A DNA stretch of 64,000 nt, taken from assembly GCA_026770705.1 (NCBI GenBank), contig JANJGN010000009.1:129828001-129892000 (forward strand), read 5' to 3'. Position 1 is the stretch's first letter, and each line of letters begins with the position of its first letter. The stretch is from Isurus oxyrinchus. Its lineage: Eukaryota. The notes beneath the pieces are model-generated. The model did not search any database and was not told the DNA's origin. It worked only from the letters and a program-made list of their open reading frames with translations. The position numbers and the translations under genes were made by a program. Of the stretch, positions 12,232 through 24,289 are shown piece after piece.

Positions 12232-15125
12232 GGGTGGAATTTTCCACCCACTGGCATGGGGCGTGTTAGGTGGCGTGAGTAGACAATGTGGCGAGAAGGC
12301 CAAAAATTGGCTTCACAACATTGTGAAACCAGATTGCAATCGTTCACTGTGTCCGTCAATGGGGGGCACGGCATTTCCTACCATTGGACATCAGGAACCT
12401 CAATTTAATACATCTGCATGTCATTATGAGGCCAGCCCGCCAGAATTAGCCCCCTATGCTGGATCGTCTGCCCACATAGGCAGGAAAACACGCCGGTGCA
12501 GAACATGTCCTGATACGTGTGATGTGCAGAAGTCGGATGTACCGTCAGGTTCTTGCTCACAACACGGACATCCAAGGAGCAGAAGACTCTGGAGCCCGAA
12601 AGCAATGGGACCCTGGAGGAACATCCATGGCATGCTGGGTGGATTCTCGTGGACATGGCTCTGCCACAAAGCAGCTCATGGAAGGTGGAAAGTCACTGTT
12701 GAGGGTCTGCTCACAATGGATGATTATCGAGAGGGTGGAGAGGAAGGCCCAACGTGTTTGGGAGAGGAAGATGTACCGGTGGAAGGAGAGGAAGGTCTGG
12801 GATCGACTGGGAGAGAAAGAGATGTCGGGGCGAGTGAGGTTTCGGGGGCGAAATGAAGGTGTCGGTTGGGGGGCGGTGAGGTTGGATAGGGGGAAACAAA
12901 GGTGTCAGGCGTTGGGTGAGGTTGGAGAGGAGACACTACAGGAGGATGGGGTAACGGGGAGAAGATGGCAACTGGGGAGATAGGTGCAAGGGGGAAGGAA
13001 AGTGTAAGGAAAGGATTTTGGAGGGGGAAAGGAGTCCCCTCCAGGAAGGAGAGTGGAGAGGGGAAAGTATCTGGGGGAGGAGTCCAGAGGGAGGGAGGAG
13101 TGCAAAGAGGGGAGGGAATCTGGGGTTGGGTGGGGGAGGAAGGAGTAAGGGTGGAGGAAATGTAAAGGTGTCTGAAGGAGCCCGGAGAAGGGAAGGAGGT
13201 AGGGTGGAAGAAGAAGTAAGGGAGTCAGAAAGCAGGAAGGATTAAAGGGTTGGTGGAGTCCGGCAGTGGGGGTCAGAGTTCCGTGGGGGAAGGAGTTCCC
13301 GAGGGGGAGGAATCCGGAGTGGGGGGAAGTATCCAGATGAACGTGCAAGGGAGGATTCTGATGACTCCATGACTGCCTCCTAGGGAGTGAACTGAGGGTG
13401 GGTGTGGTGTGGGGGAATGGTGAGTATAACCGAGAGCAGAGTGATGCAGTGGACTGGGAGGGTAAGAGTGCATCAGAAACGATAGCAGGGACAGCGAGGG
13501 TGATTGGTGAGGACCAGGAGGCAGACACAGGAGGGGGTCGGGGAGGTTAATATGATGGGGGTGTGATTTCCGGGACAGAAGGGAATGTGCACCCTCTGAA
13601 AGAAAAGGGTTGTGTCTGTTATGTCATGAAGGGGAAGTGGAAGGTGATGCCAGGGGGTATTGGCAGCGATGGGGGAAAGGAAATGGGTGACTGGGGGAGG
13701 GGAAAGGATGGGGCAGTGCAAGAAAAAACATAGCAGAGCATGTTTGCCAAATCAAAAGTGAAATGACATTCGTGATGGGTGAGATCAGTTGCAGCTTGGG
13801 GTGTGATCAGTGGGTGGGCGGACATGCAGGTCAACTCAGATGGTCAGCTGAAAGTGAACCCCAGCAGGCAGCATTGAAAATGCTCAGCACATTGAGATGA
13901 GTACGATGCAGGAAGGATCTGCATGCATGGGAGAGTGCTTGCAAGGGGCCCCACGCACACTTCTCCCTGCGGAATCACTCATGGGCCAGCTGCATGCAGC
14001 TGAGCTGTTAGTGAGGAGGGATGCCCAGTCTTCAATGGAGGAGGTGACCTCTTGGTTGGAGGTGAGGATCTGGATGGAGCTGAGGGACTGGCTGGCTGAG
14101 GGTGTCGGTCACTTGGCAGGTCTCCCTGTGAACCAAAGTAGAGATAGTTGGTGCATGTCACAGAGTCAAAAACAGAAGAGAGAGCACTCACAGTTGTATT
14201 GAGAGAGGAATGGTGTGGTGCAGGATTCTCATGTGTGTGCTCACTACCGACCTCACCACCACTGCAGGCTAGGTCCACGTCCTCACCAGCCAGCGAGTGA
14301 GGGGCCTAATATCAGCCACTCCACCCCCAGTCTAGGATTTCTCCCTGCTGTTGTGAGCCAGCTTCTCCTGCATGAAAACAGATGGAAAGAGCATGAGCAG
14401 GATGCAAGGCACTGTGTAGAATGTTAATGGTGAATGGAGCCATGGATGGGATGAGAACGTGAGCTCCAGAGGCTATGTGCCTGATGGAGATGTGAGGGTG
14501 TGTGTGAGAATTAACGGTGTTGCCCTTGAGGTGTGAGATCCCTGTGGATGTGCGATGGGTTTGTGAGTGTTTGATTAGAGAGTGATGAGGTGGTTGACTT
14601 ACCCTGGCAGAATGGATGAGAGCATTGATCCTCTTCCTGCACTGGACAGTTGACCTACTCTGTGCACTGGTGCTGCTGACTACCACTGCCACCGTTTCCC
14701 AGGCTGGATCGGTGGCTCTGGTGGACCTCCTTTGGCCAGAGCAGGGGTAGAGGACATTACAGCGGCCTTCCACTGCATCCAGCAGGCACCCCAGGGAAGC
14801 ATCACTAAATTTGGGGGGCCGCCGCCTTTGCTTTTGGGGCCATCTGTTGCCTGGAGCAGTCCTGGTCTGTCAACAGGAAGTAGGCAGGCGCTCTGGTGCT
14901 CTTTAAATATGGTGCCCAGAGAGAGTAAGTGCTGAGGTTCTGGCATGAAGAGCAAATCCAAGCCCGCCCGATCTGAAGCATTTCCCATGAATGCATTATT
15001 AATGAGGCGGGATGCGCTGGGAATGGGATGATATGGCGTGAAAAGCCGCCGTTGCAGCCAGCAGGTAAAACAACTTCTTTCACATCCGCTACCGCATTTA
15101 GTGCAAATCTGGGACAATTCCACCC
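12232..15125 (-). mobile_element. Non-autonomous Harbinger-type element B
   Basis: Perfect 10-bp TIR gggtggaatt / aattccaccc at both ends; ORF1 exons 1-2 present; lacks the segment equivalent to A ~8270-9335; G-rich tract 12730-13720. Confidence 0.85.
14040..14843 (-). pseudogene. Spliced Myb/SANT-like ORF1 of element B (truncated)
   Basis: MAPKAKAAAPQ..AWETVAVVVSSTSAQSRSTVQCRKRINALIHSAR|gtaagt (donor 14602); acceptor tttcatgcag|GAGAAGCTGGCTCACAAC (14367). Confidence 0.75.
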
Positions 15126-15262
15126 ATAAGCTATCAGAGTCTGAGGATGTATAAGATAGTCCCTTAAGTTTCTCCAGTACTTTTTCCCTGCTGGCATTAG
15201 TTATCTTAATCTCACTCTTAGCAACCTCTAGGTTGCCCATTATTTCTGGTATATAACTTGCA
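15126..15262 (-). mobile_element. CR1 LINE 5'-most retained segment (split, inverted CR1)
   Basis: Reads EIKITNASREKVLEKLKGLSYTSSDSDSL, the CR1 segment directly preceding HPRILK. Confidence 0.8.
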
Positions 15263-15675
15263 ACAGCATATTGGCAGAATCTGTGTCAGGTGAGACACCA
15301 GGCATGACTGGCCTGCAGCCAGGGTAGAGGGCCAGGAAAACACAGGTGCCAGCTCACCAGAGGTGAGCTTGCACACCAATTTTGCTGCAGAGAACTCAAG
15401 TAAGAACTCTAATGAGCCAAGCTACAAAAGAATACACAACACAATGCCTGCTACATTGCGAGAATGGCTGGAAAATCGGCGTTCAATATTAAGGTGCATG
15501 GAGGAGCCCAGAACCAACTTGGCATAGGGGCTTTGCACATAGCTTGGAGTCCATCCTTTCCAGCATGGAAGCAATGGCCAACTCCATGAGATTATATATG
15601 GAGTCAGCCATGATGTAGTGTCTGAAGGTCAATGTCTCAGCTTCCATTGCTGTCCAAGCAGCAGCCACTCGAGAC
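15263..15675 (+). mobile_element. Harbinger-type element Z, part 3 (ORF1 C-terminal region)
   Basis: acagcatattggcagaatctgtgtcaggtgagacacc continues 6805-6838; similar to 30890-30925 and 31310-31450. Confidence 0.65.
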
Positions 15676-16044
15676 CGACCATTAACTTTTTAAAAACAAA
15701 TTCATATTCCCAGCTATTTCTTGAAAGAACTATGCCAAAAGGTTTCACATTTTAAATAAAAACTTTTACTGTACAAGAGCTAAACAAAGCAAGTACTTCT
15801 AATTTAACAGAATATTTCGCAAAACCTTATTCTTCAAACCCGAAAATCTTAACAGACCACTTGCCGTTCTGTTTTTAATTCCACCCACAAGTTCCTCTAT
15901 ACTTTCCTGGATCTAAAGGCTTTCTTCCCTTCTCCTGGGACCAAATCAATGTGTGCCACAGCTCTCAACTCTCGAGAATTCACTTTAATTCTCCTCAGTT
16001 TCTCGGTCTGGTACTTAGACGTCCAGAGGTCTCTCTCTCTCTCA
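15676..16044 (-). repeat. Probable solo-LTR-like repeat, possibly resuming at ~22920-23290
   Basis: Non-coding repeat-like sequence bracketing the Gypsy and L2 insertions; identity inferred from texture only. Confidence 0.35.
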
Positions 16045-16137
16045 TGTTAGGAAAATGTGTTATCAATAAAGTTAGCTCAGCTACAATGCCAACGGCCTGT
16101 GTGCATCATTAAAAAAAGAAACGAGAAACAAAACATG

Positions 16138-16265
16138 GGTCTGGATTTTCAAGCACCGTCACAGGTGGGACAGCCGTGGGCAAGGTGGCGCCCCAGCCAG
16201 AAGTCCATTGACTTGCGGCGGCACCGGAAGATCGCGGCAGTGGGCAGGTGCGGAAAATCCCACCC
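16138..16265. mobile_element. 128-bp Harbinger-type MITE
   Basis: TIRs ggtctggattttc / gaaaatcccaccc; 3-bp ATG duplication at 16135-16137 and 16266-16268. Confidence 0.8.
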
Positions 16266-16266
16266 A

Positions 16267-16279
16267 TGGTGTCAGAAGT
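16267..16279 (+). promoter_or_regulatory. Primer binding site of the Gypsy element (tRNA-Leu-like)
   Basis: TGGTGTCAGAAGT, complementary to a tRNA 3' end ...ACTTCTGACACCA as in vertebrate tRNA-Leu. Confidence 0.7.
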
Positions 16280-17685
16280 AAACTAAATACAACAATGGAG
16301 GTTCTGAAACCACTGATGGAGATCAGTTTGGAGGGCAACCTTGTCAAAAATGGGAGTAGGTTCCAGCAGTGAATCAAGCTGTACCTTACAGCGATGGGCA
16401 GTCATAAAAAAGACCCTCAGGTACAATCATTCTTCACATAGCAGGGGAAGGAGACCTAGAAATCTATAACACATTCAAATTTGAAATTGATGAGAAATAC
16501 TATGACTTGTAAGAAATAATGGAAAAATTCAAAGCCTGCTTCAGCCCTAAGAAACACATCACATATGAAAGATACAGATATTTTTACGTGCACAAAAGGC
16601 AGTGAGAAAATTAGTCAGTACATAACTGAGCTGAGAAAATGAGCTGGATCCCGTGAATTTAGAGAGCTTGAGGAATCACTTATCCAAGATAGAATAATTT
16701 GCGAGATTGCAAATGACTGCCTGAGAGAATGGCTTTTGAGGGAAGTTGATCTCAAGCTGGAGAAAGCAATAAATATCTGCAGAGCAGCAGAGACAATGAA
16801 ATGCCAGATTAAACAGATGACAGAACATAATAAGCCACACACGGCCAAGCAGTTCAATGCAGTTATACAGAAACAGACCCAGGAAAGAACTAATAGACAG
16901 CCTGAAGGTAAAAAGAACAAAACTGCAATTAAAACATTTATTTAAATATTGCTGATGCAGATTTACCATGTAATTGTCCAGCCTATGGAAAGCAGTGTAA
17001 GAACTGTGATAAACTAAATCACTTCGCTAAGATGTGTAAATCAAAGAAAGTACACACGATTGCAGATGATGACACAGACACTGAAACCAAACATTTCATT
17101 GGTGCAGTAACAACAAATTCCAAAGAAGATGAATGGAAGGTTGATTTAAAATTGCCAACATGATGGTGAATTTCAAGCTTGACACAGATGCACAAGCAAA
17201 TGTAATTCCCATAAGCCTGTATTGTAAGATAAGCAAAGAAAAACAGTTAACTAAAACAGAAGTGAAGCTGTCTACTTACACAGGTGAAAAAAATGGCTGC
17301 AGAAGGTTAGCGCACACTTAAAGTGAACTACAAAAAACAGTTTTAAGCACTTCCATTCATAGTGGTGAAAACTGATGCAAAACCCATTCTTGGAAATAAA
17401 GTTTGTGAAAATCTGAAGCTAATCAGGAGAATAATGACTGACATCCTGAACAAGTATAAGGGTGTGTTCCAGGGGATTGGCTGCCTAAAAGGAGAAGAAG
17501 TCATCAAGATTGACAAAACTCTGCCACCTAATATATGCCGGCCCAGGAAAATATCAGTAATGCTGAGAGATCGATTGAAAGCAAAGTTGGACAGAATGGA
17601 GAAACTTCACATCATCAAGAAAATTAAAGGACTGACAAAGTGGGTTAATCCAATTGCAATTGTAGAAAAATCAGATGGGAATCTG

Positions 17686-19719
17686 CAAAACAAAAACAAA
17701 AATAACAGGAAATAGTCAGCAGGTCAAGCAGCATCTGCAGAGAGGAACACAGTTAACGTTTTGAGTCTGAATGACTCTTCAACAGAACTAAGGAAAAATA
17801 GCAGAGAGGTGAAATATAAGCTGGTTTAATGGGTGGGTGGGACAAGTAGAGCTGGATAGAGGGCCAGTGATGAGTGGAGATAACCAAAAGATGTCACAGA
17901 CAAAAGGACAAAGAGGTGTTGAAGGTGGTGATATTATCTAAGGAATGTGCTAATTAAGGGTAGAAAGCAGGACAAGCAAGGTACAGATAGCCCTAGTGGG
18001 GGTGGGGTGGGGTGAAGGAATTGAAAAAGGCTAAAAGGTAGAGATAAAACAATGGATGGAAATACATTTAAAAATAATGGAAATGGGTGGGAAAAGAAAA
18101 ATCTATATAAATTATTGGGAAAAAAGGGGGGGATCGGAAAGGGGGTGGGGATGGAGAAGAGAGGTCATGATCTAAAATTGTTGAACTCAATATTCAGTCC
18201 AGAAGGCTGTAAAGTGCCTAGTCAGAAGATGGGGTGCTGTTCCTCCAGTTTGCATTGAGCTTCACTGGAACAATGCAGCAGGCCAAGGACAGACATGTGG
18301 GCAAGAGAGCAGGGTGGTGTGTTGAAATGGCAAGCGACAGGGTGGTCTGGGTAATGCTTGCGTACAGACCGAAGGTGTTCTGCAAAGCGGTCACCCAGAC
18401 TGCGTTTGGACTCTCCAATGTAGAGGAAACCACATTGGGAGCAATGAATAAATTGAGGGAAGTGCAAGTGAAATGCTGCTTCACTTGAAAGGAGTGTTTG
18501 GGCCCTTGGACGGTGAGGAGAGAGGAAGTAAAGGGGTAGGTGTTGCACTTTCTGCAGTTGCATGTGAAGGTGCTGTGGGAGGGGGTTAAGGTGTAGGGGA
18601 TGATGGAGGAGTGGACCAGAGTGTCCCGGAGGGACCGATCTCTGTGGAATGCCACCGGGGGGGTGAAGAGAAGATGTGTTTGGTGGTGGCATCATGCTGG
18701 AGTTGGGTGAAATGGCGGAGGATGATCCTTTGAATGCGGAGGCTGGTGGGGTGATAAGTGAGGACAAGGGAGACCCTATCATGTTTCTGGGAGGGAGAGG
18801 AAGGTGTGAGGGCAGATGCGCGGGAGATGGGCCGGACACGGTTGAGGGCCCTGTCAACAACTGTGGGTGGAAAGAAGGGAGACATGTCAGAAGAACTGTT
18901 TTTGAAAGTGGCATCATCAGAACAGATGCGACGGAGGCAAAGGATCTGACAGAATGGGATGGAGTCCTTACAGGAAGCAGGGTGTGAGGAGCTGTAGTTG
19001 AGGTAGCTGTGGGAGTCGGTAGGCTTGTAATAGATATTGGTGGACTGTCTATCACCAGAAATTGAGACAGAGAGGCCAAAGAAGGGAAGGGATGTGTCAG
19101 AGTTGGACCATGTGAAAATGATGGAGGGGTGGAAATTGAAAGCAAAGTTAATAAATGTCTCTAGGTCCAGACGAGAGCATGAAGCAGCACCAAAGTAATT
19201 ATCGATGTACCACAGAAAGAGCTGTGGGAGGGGGCCGGAATAGGACTGGAACAAGGAATTTTCCACATACCCCATAAAGAAACAGGCATAGCTGGGGCCC
19301 ATGCGGGTACCCATAGCCACACCGTTTATTTGGAGGAAGTGAGAGGAGTTTAAGGAGAAATTGTTCAGTGTGAGACCTCCTACCCAAAATCCACAAACAG
19401 GACTGTCCCAGCAGACCGATCGTGTCAGCCTATTCCTGCCCCACGAAACTCATTTCTTACTATCTTGACTCCCTTCTCTCTCCCCTTGTCCAGTCCCTTC
19501 CCACCTATATCCATGATTCCTCTGACACCCTACATCATATCAACAATTTCCAGTTCCTTGGCCCCAACCGCCTACTCTTCACCATGGACGTCTAATCCCT
19601 CTATACCTCCATCCCCCACTGGGATGGTCTGATGGCTCTCCACTTCTTCCTCAAACAGAGGCCTGAACAATCCCCATCCACCACTACTCTCCTCCGCCTG
19701 GCTGAACCTGTTCTCACAC
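17686..19719 (-). mobile_element. Penelope-like retroelement with inverted 5' segment, inserted in the Gypsy pol
   Basis: Minus strand: GVAMGTRMGPSYACFFMG, FLWYIDN, YYKPTDSHSYL and GIY-YIG CSQCGFLYIGESKRSLGDRFAEH. Plus strand 19375-19719: LLPKIHK...PIVSA...FTMDV*SLYTSIP. Confidence 0.92.
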
Positions 19720-21623
19720 GTGGAGTAGAGTCTGATGGTAAGCGTTTGGAAGCTATATTTAAAAAGCCCCTGATCTGTGTACTACTCAAAATCAAAAGAT
19801 TACTAATGCACTGCATAAGTAATAGGTCAGAGTTAAATACGAACCAGGCAAGGAAATGTACATCACAGACAGGCTGTCACATGCATGCCTACCCTTCATG
19901 GAGGAAGAGGATAAAGAGATGGAAACACAGGTTCACAAGCTGATAAAGAACATACCTGTGGCTGGAACCAAACTGGATGAGATCAGGGAAGCGACCAAGA
20001 ACAACGCCACCCTGAGAAAACTGCAACGGATTGTGCAAACTGGCTGGCCCACACATCGGAGCGGAGCCCCTTCTGCTGTACAAGAGTATGGGAACTTTCA
20101 TGAGGAACTTCATGTAGCAGAAGGAATACTTTTCAAGGGAGAAAAGATCATAATTCCAACAGCACTGAGGAAAGAAGTGCTGCAGTGCATACTTGAAAGT
20201 CACCTTGGTATAGAAACATGCAGGAGAAGAGCTTGAGGTGTAATGTATTGGCCTGGAATGGGAATACAAATTGAGGAAACATTGAATGTGTGTGCATTGT
20301 GCCAAAAGTACAGTAAATTGCAACAAAAGGAACCACTTCAACCACACAGTGTTCCAGAGAGGCCCTGGCAGAAAACTGGAGTGGACTTGATCATTTGACA
20401 ACAGTGAGTACCTGCTAGCAGTAAATTATTACTCAAAGTTTTTTGTGCTTGTGCTGCTGGGAAATGATAGTAAGATCATCACTGTAATAAATCATTTAAA
20501 ATCAATTTTTGCTCATCACTGCATACCTGAAGTGCTCCTCTCAGATAACGGTCCACAATTCTCAAGCAGAGTTTCGTAAATTTGCATAGGACTGGGAGTT
20601 TTGCCACATTACATCAAGTCCCAAATATCCACAATCCAACAGAATGGTGGAGCATACCATGTAGACCTTAAAACACCTGTTGAAGAAGGAAAAGGTGGAA
20701 TAAGTGACCCGAGACTGGCTCTGTTGGATTTCAGGAATACTCCATTAGAGAGCATTGGATCATCTCCAGCACAGCTCCTGATAGGGACAAGACTAAGAAC
20801 TCAGCTTCCAACTGTGCCCCAACAGTTATTTTCACAGCCATTGAGCTACAGCGTGCAGGATCTGCTCAAACTGAGACAGCAGAAGCAGAAACAGTATTTT
20901 GATCGAGGTGCCCAGCCTCTATGTGACCTGAATGCGGGAGGGACTGTGAAGATTCAGCATGAAGGGATCTGGAATCCTGCTGTTGTCACAAGAATCACAG
21001 GAGGACCAAGGTCTTACATAGTGCAGATTCCAAACGGACAACAGTACAGGAGAAACTGGACATTTTTATGGAAAGCAAATGAAATGCAACCTCGCTCTAA
21101 GCCAGAAAGTGGAGCTGAAGATCGAAAATCAGTGAAGCAACAGATAACCAGACAAAGCCTAAGAGTCCTCAGGCTCAAGCCAAGGGGTGATAGTGACACA
21201 GAGCTGGGGAAGACCGCTTGTCCTTCAAAATCACCTCTATCACCATTCAGAACATCCAGTGGAAGAATTGTGAAAAACCACAGAGTTACAGAGGTGAGTA
21301 AAAGACAAAATAGACTGATCAAAACAGAGTGAGAAAGAATAGGTAAGCAACTGTGTACTTGAGTCATATAAAAGTTTTTTTTAAAAAAAGCTGATTGTGT
21401 TTGAGGACTCCAACATTAGATACTATATGGTACTCTTCTATATACGGGGTCACCTGACCTGGGGGCTGAAGGTCAGATAGCACATGGTGGACCCTGTTTT
21501 GATAGAGTTCAGACACAGCAGATATGTGTTCTTGTTAGTAAAATGTATCATCAATAATGTTAGCTCAGCTACAATGCTGATGGTCTGTGTGCATCATTAA
21601 AAAAAGAAACAAGAAACAAGACA

Positions 21624-22880
21624 AGGCGATGTTACAGAGGTAGAAATAGGCAGTCTTAATGATGGTGTGAATATGAGCCTGCAATAATGAGCAGTTTTAA
21701 TAGACAAGAGCAGGACTGATATTGTTTTAAATGGTCCAGTCGTACCTGGTGGTGGATGGCTAAACTAAGTGTTTGTCATGTCACCTCAAGTCTGCATTCT
21801 TTGGTCTTAAGGGAATGGAATTGAGGACCTTACCAGGTGGAATGTCTAGGGTAAGAGAGAATAATCCTTTTATTGAGCAGTGGTGGAGATGAAGGTGCTG
21901 TTCAGTAAACCAGTAACTGCAGGAATGTTGTGGCAAATGGAGGGCCAAAGGCTAGAGAGTTGGGATTTTGAAAGTGCACTGTGAGTGAATTGGGGCATAG
22001 TTTTTTCCAGGGATGGATACAGAATGAGGTGGGGTAAGGGCGAGGAAAGGGAATGTGGGTGGTGAGTGATACATGGAAGTGTTCAGAGATGGCCTTACCT
22101 GTAATTAATATAATGGGAGCAGCAAGACCACATGAGATGGCAAGGTCAATGGGTTGATTTTCATGGAGGGAGAGATTGAGAGAGGATAAGAAAGCAGCTA
22201 ACTTAGAGGACAGAGACATGATGAGTTAAGATTAAGGCTGAAATCAATGTTGATGATATGTCATTCTGTGCAGAGACTGAGGGAGGACAGCTGTAAAGAT
22301 ATCTTGATGATAAAATTTTTATTATACTTGGAAGGACAGAACAGAACAATGAATTTGAAAGAAAGGTTAAAAGGGTGGAACAGGGTGAAATGCTCAAAGG
22401 AGGAGAAAGTGCCAGAGGAGTAGGGATCAGGCCAAGGGTTGATCAGCTGCTAAGTGCCACACCATCACTGCAGTGGTCTTGATGGGACAAATGATAGAAG
22501 ATATGGCTGGGAGGCTTCACCAAGGAGGAAGGTGTCACCACCCCTCAGCCAGGCTTCTGTTAAAGCCATTAGAGCAATGCAATCGTCCACAGTAAATTTA
22601 TGGATGGCAAGGACCTTGTTCATAAGTGAGAGACATTCTGCAGGGAGACGCATAGAGTGGGTGTTGAGAGCTGATACGCTGGTGGAATCTACAGAGTGAG
22701 CAGTCGGAGCAGTGAGTTGGGCAGGAAGAAGATTGGCAAGATTAGCTCACAGTGGGTGTGCGTGGTGGGCAGGTCAACAAACGTATGGCATGGGCAATTA
22801 GTGTCACTGCTCATAATGAACCAGTGCTGAGTGCCTTGAGGAGTCAATTGGAGGATGCCAAAAAAAGACATAGAGAGAAG
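21624..22880 (-). mobile_element. L2-like LINE fragments (AP endonuclease region)
   Basis: NKVLAIHKFTVDDCIALMALTEAWLRGGD resembles the APE N-terminus; DLAISCGL..ISEHFHVS resembles the SDH motif. Confidence 0.7.
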
Positions 22881-23619
22881 CTGTAGCCTTATCTACCAGA
22901 GCCACTGGTGTACTAGCAACCATGTTTTGCTTGCCAATAAAAGTTAAAATTAGTCCACAACTCTCGAGAGCTTATCTTCCAGATCTCATTAGTGGTTGTA
23001 TTGAATGATACTCTGGTTGGCAATTCCCTCATTCAAGGTCCTGTTAATGGGTCCTGTTAATGGTCATCTGTTCAATCCTTTGCACATTAATTAATCTCTG
23101 TTCTCCAAATTTGATAGACCACTAGCTCAAGCTGATACAGGGGTGCTAATTCACTTACACCTGTCTGCACCAAGATGCATGAAGCCCTTGTATTACACAT
23201 GAGGATCCCAGAATACACTCAATATTTTAGTTTGCATTGTTATGCCCAATACAGTCTTGAAGATATTAGAAAATTATAAAGCTATATTTTAAAAAGTGGA
23301 CACCTGTTCAAGATGGTTGTAGAATATCACATGACTTGTCAGTATTCAGCTCCAAAAAAATCCTGAAACTCAAGAAAATACCTAATTAAAATTTGGACAA
23401 TCACAGCCACTTGTGAAATCTACACATCCCTTTCTAAAAAATGTACTGTCAACAGAAAGGACTATGACATACCAGTCAACATGTCTTTCTGTCTTACCAT
23501 GGACAATAGAGACATCAAAACTCAGTGGATGTTAGATGAATATGAAATAGGTCTCATCAACCTTTCACTGTATTTTGATGCCTCCTCATCTCAAACACAG
23601 GGTCTGAAAATGAACATGC

Positions 23620-24288
23620 TTGTGCTTACCATTGACCAGAAACTGAACTGGACTAGTCATATAGCTACTGTGACTATAAGAACAGGTCAGAGGCTAGGAA
23701 TCCTGTGGTGAGTAACTCACTTCCTCACTCCCAAAGCCTATCCACCATCTACATGGCACAAGTCAGGAGTGTGACGGAATGCCCTCCACTTTGCTGGGTG
23801 AGTGCAGCTCCATCAACATTCAAAAAGCTCAACACGATCCAGGACAAAGCAGACCGCTTGATTGGCATCCCATCTATACACATTCAATCCCTCCACAACT
23901 AATGCACAATGGTAGCAGTGCGTATCGTCCACAAGATGCACTGCAGGAACTCATCAAGACTCCTCAGACAGCACCTTCCAAACTCATAACCTCTACCATC
24001 TAGACGGACAAGGGCAGCAGACACATGGGAACACCACCACCTGGAAGTTCCCCTCCAAGCCACGTACTATCCTGACTTGGAAATATATCACTGTTCCTCC
24101 AGTGTCACTGGGTCAAAATCCTGGAACTCCCTCCCTAACAGCACTTTGGCTATACCTACACCACATGGATTGCAGCAGTTCAAGAAGGCTGCTCACCAAC
24201 ACCTTCTCAAGGGTAATCAGGGATAGGCAGTAAATACTAGCCTAGCCAGCAACACCCACATCCCACAAATGAATATATATAAAAAAAA
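23620..24288 (+). mobile_element. LINE family 2, 3' fragment
   Basis: TIDQKLNWTSHI..GQRLGIL plus a 3' UTR matching the reverse complement of 4378-5030; poly-A end. Confidence 0.9.
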
Positions 24289-24289
24289 C

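Larger units (their letters stand above)
16045..21623 (+). mobile_element. Gypsy/Ty3 LTR retrotransposon, decayed
   Basis: 5' LTR remnant 16045-16135 matches 21533-21623 (about 10 mismatches in 91 nt by eye), both ending in CA. PBS tggtgtcagaagt. gag from 16295 with knuckle CKNCDKLNHFAKMC, protease FKLDTDAQANV, RT start KWVNPIAIVEKSDG, integrase ESHLG..YWPGM..CALC, ERPWQK and SDNGPQF. Confidence 0.92.
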
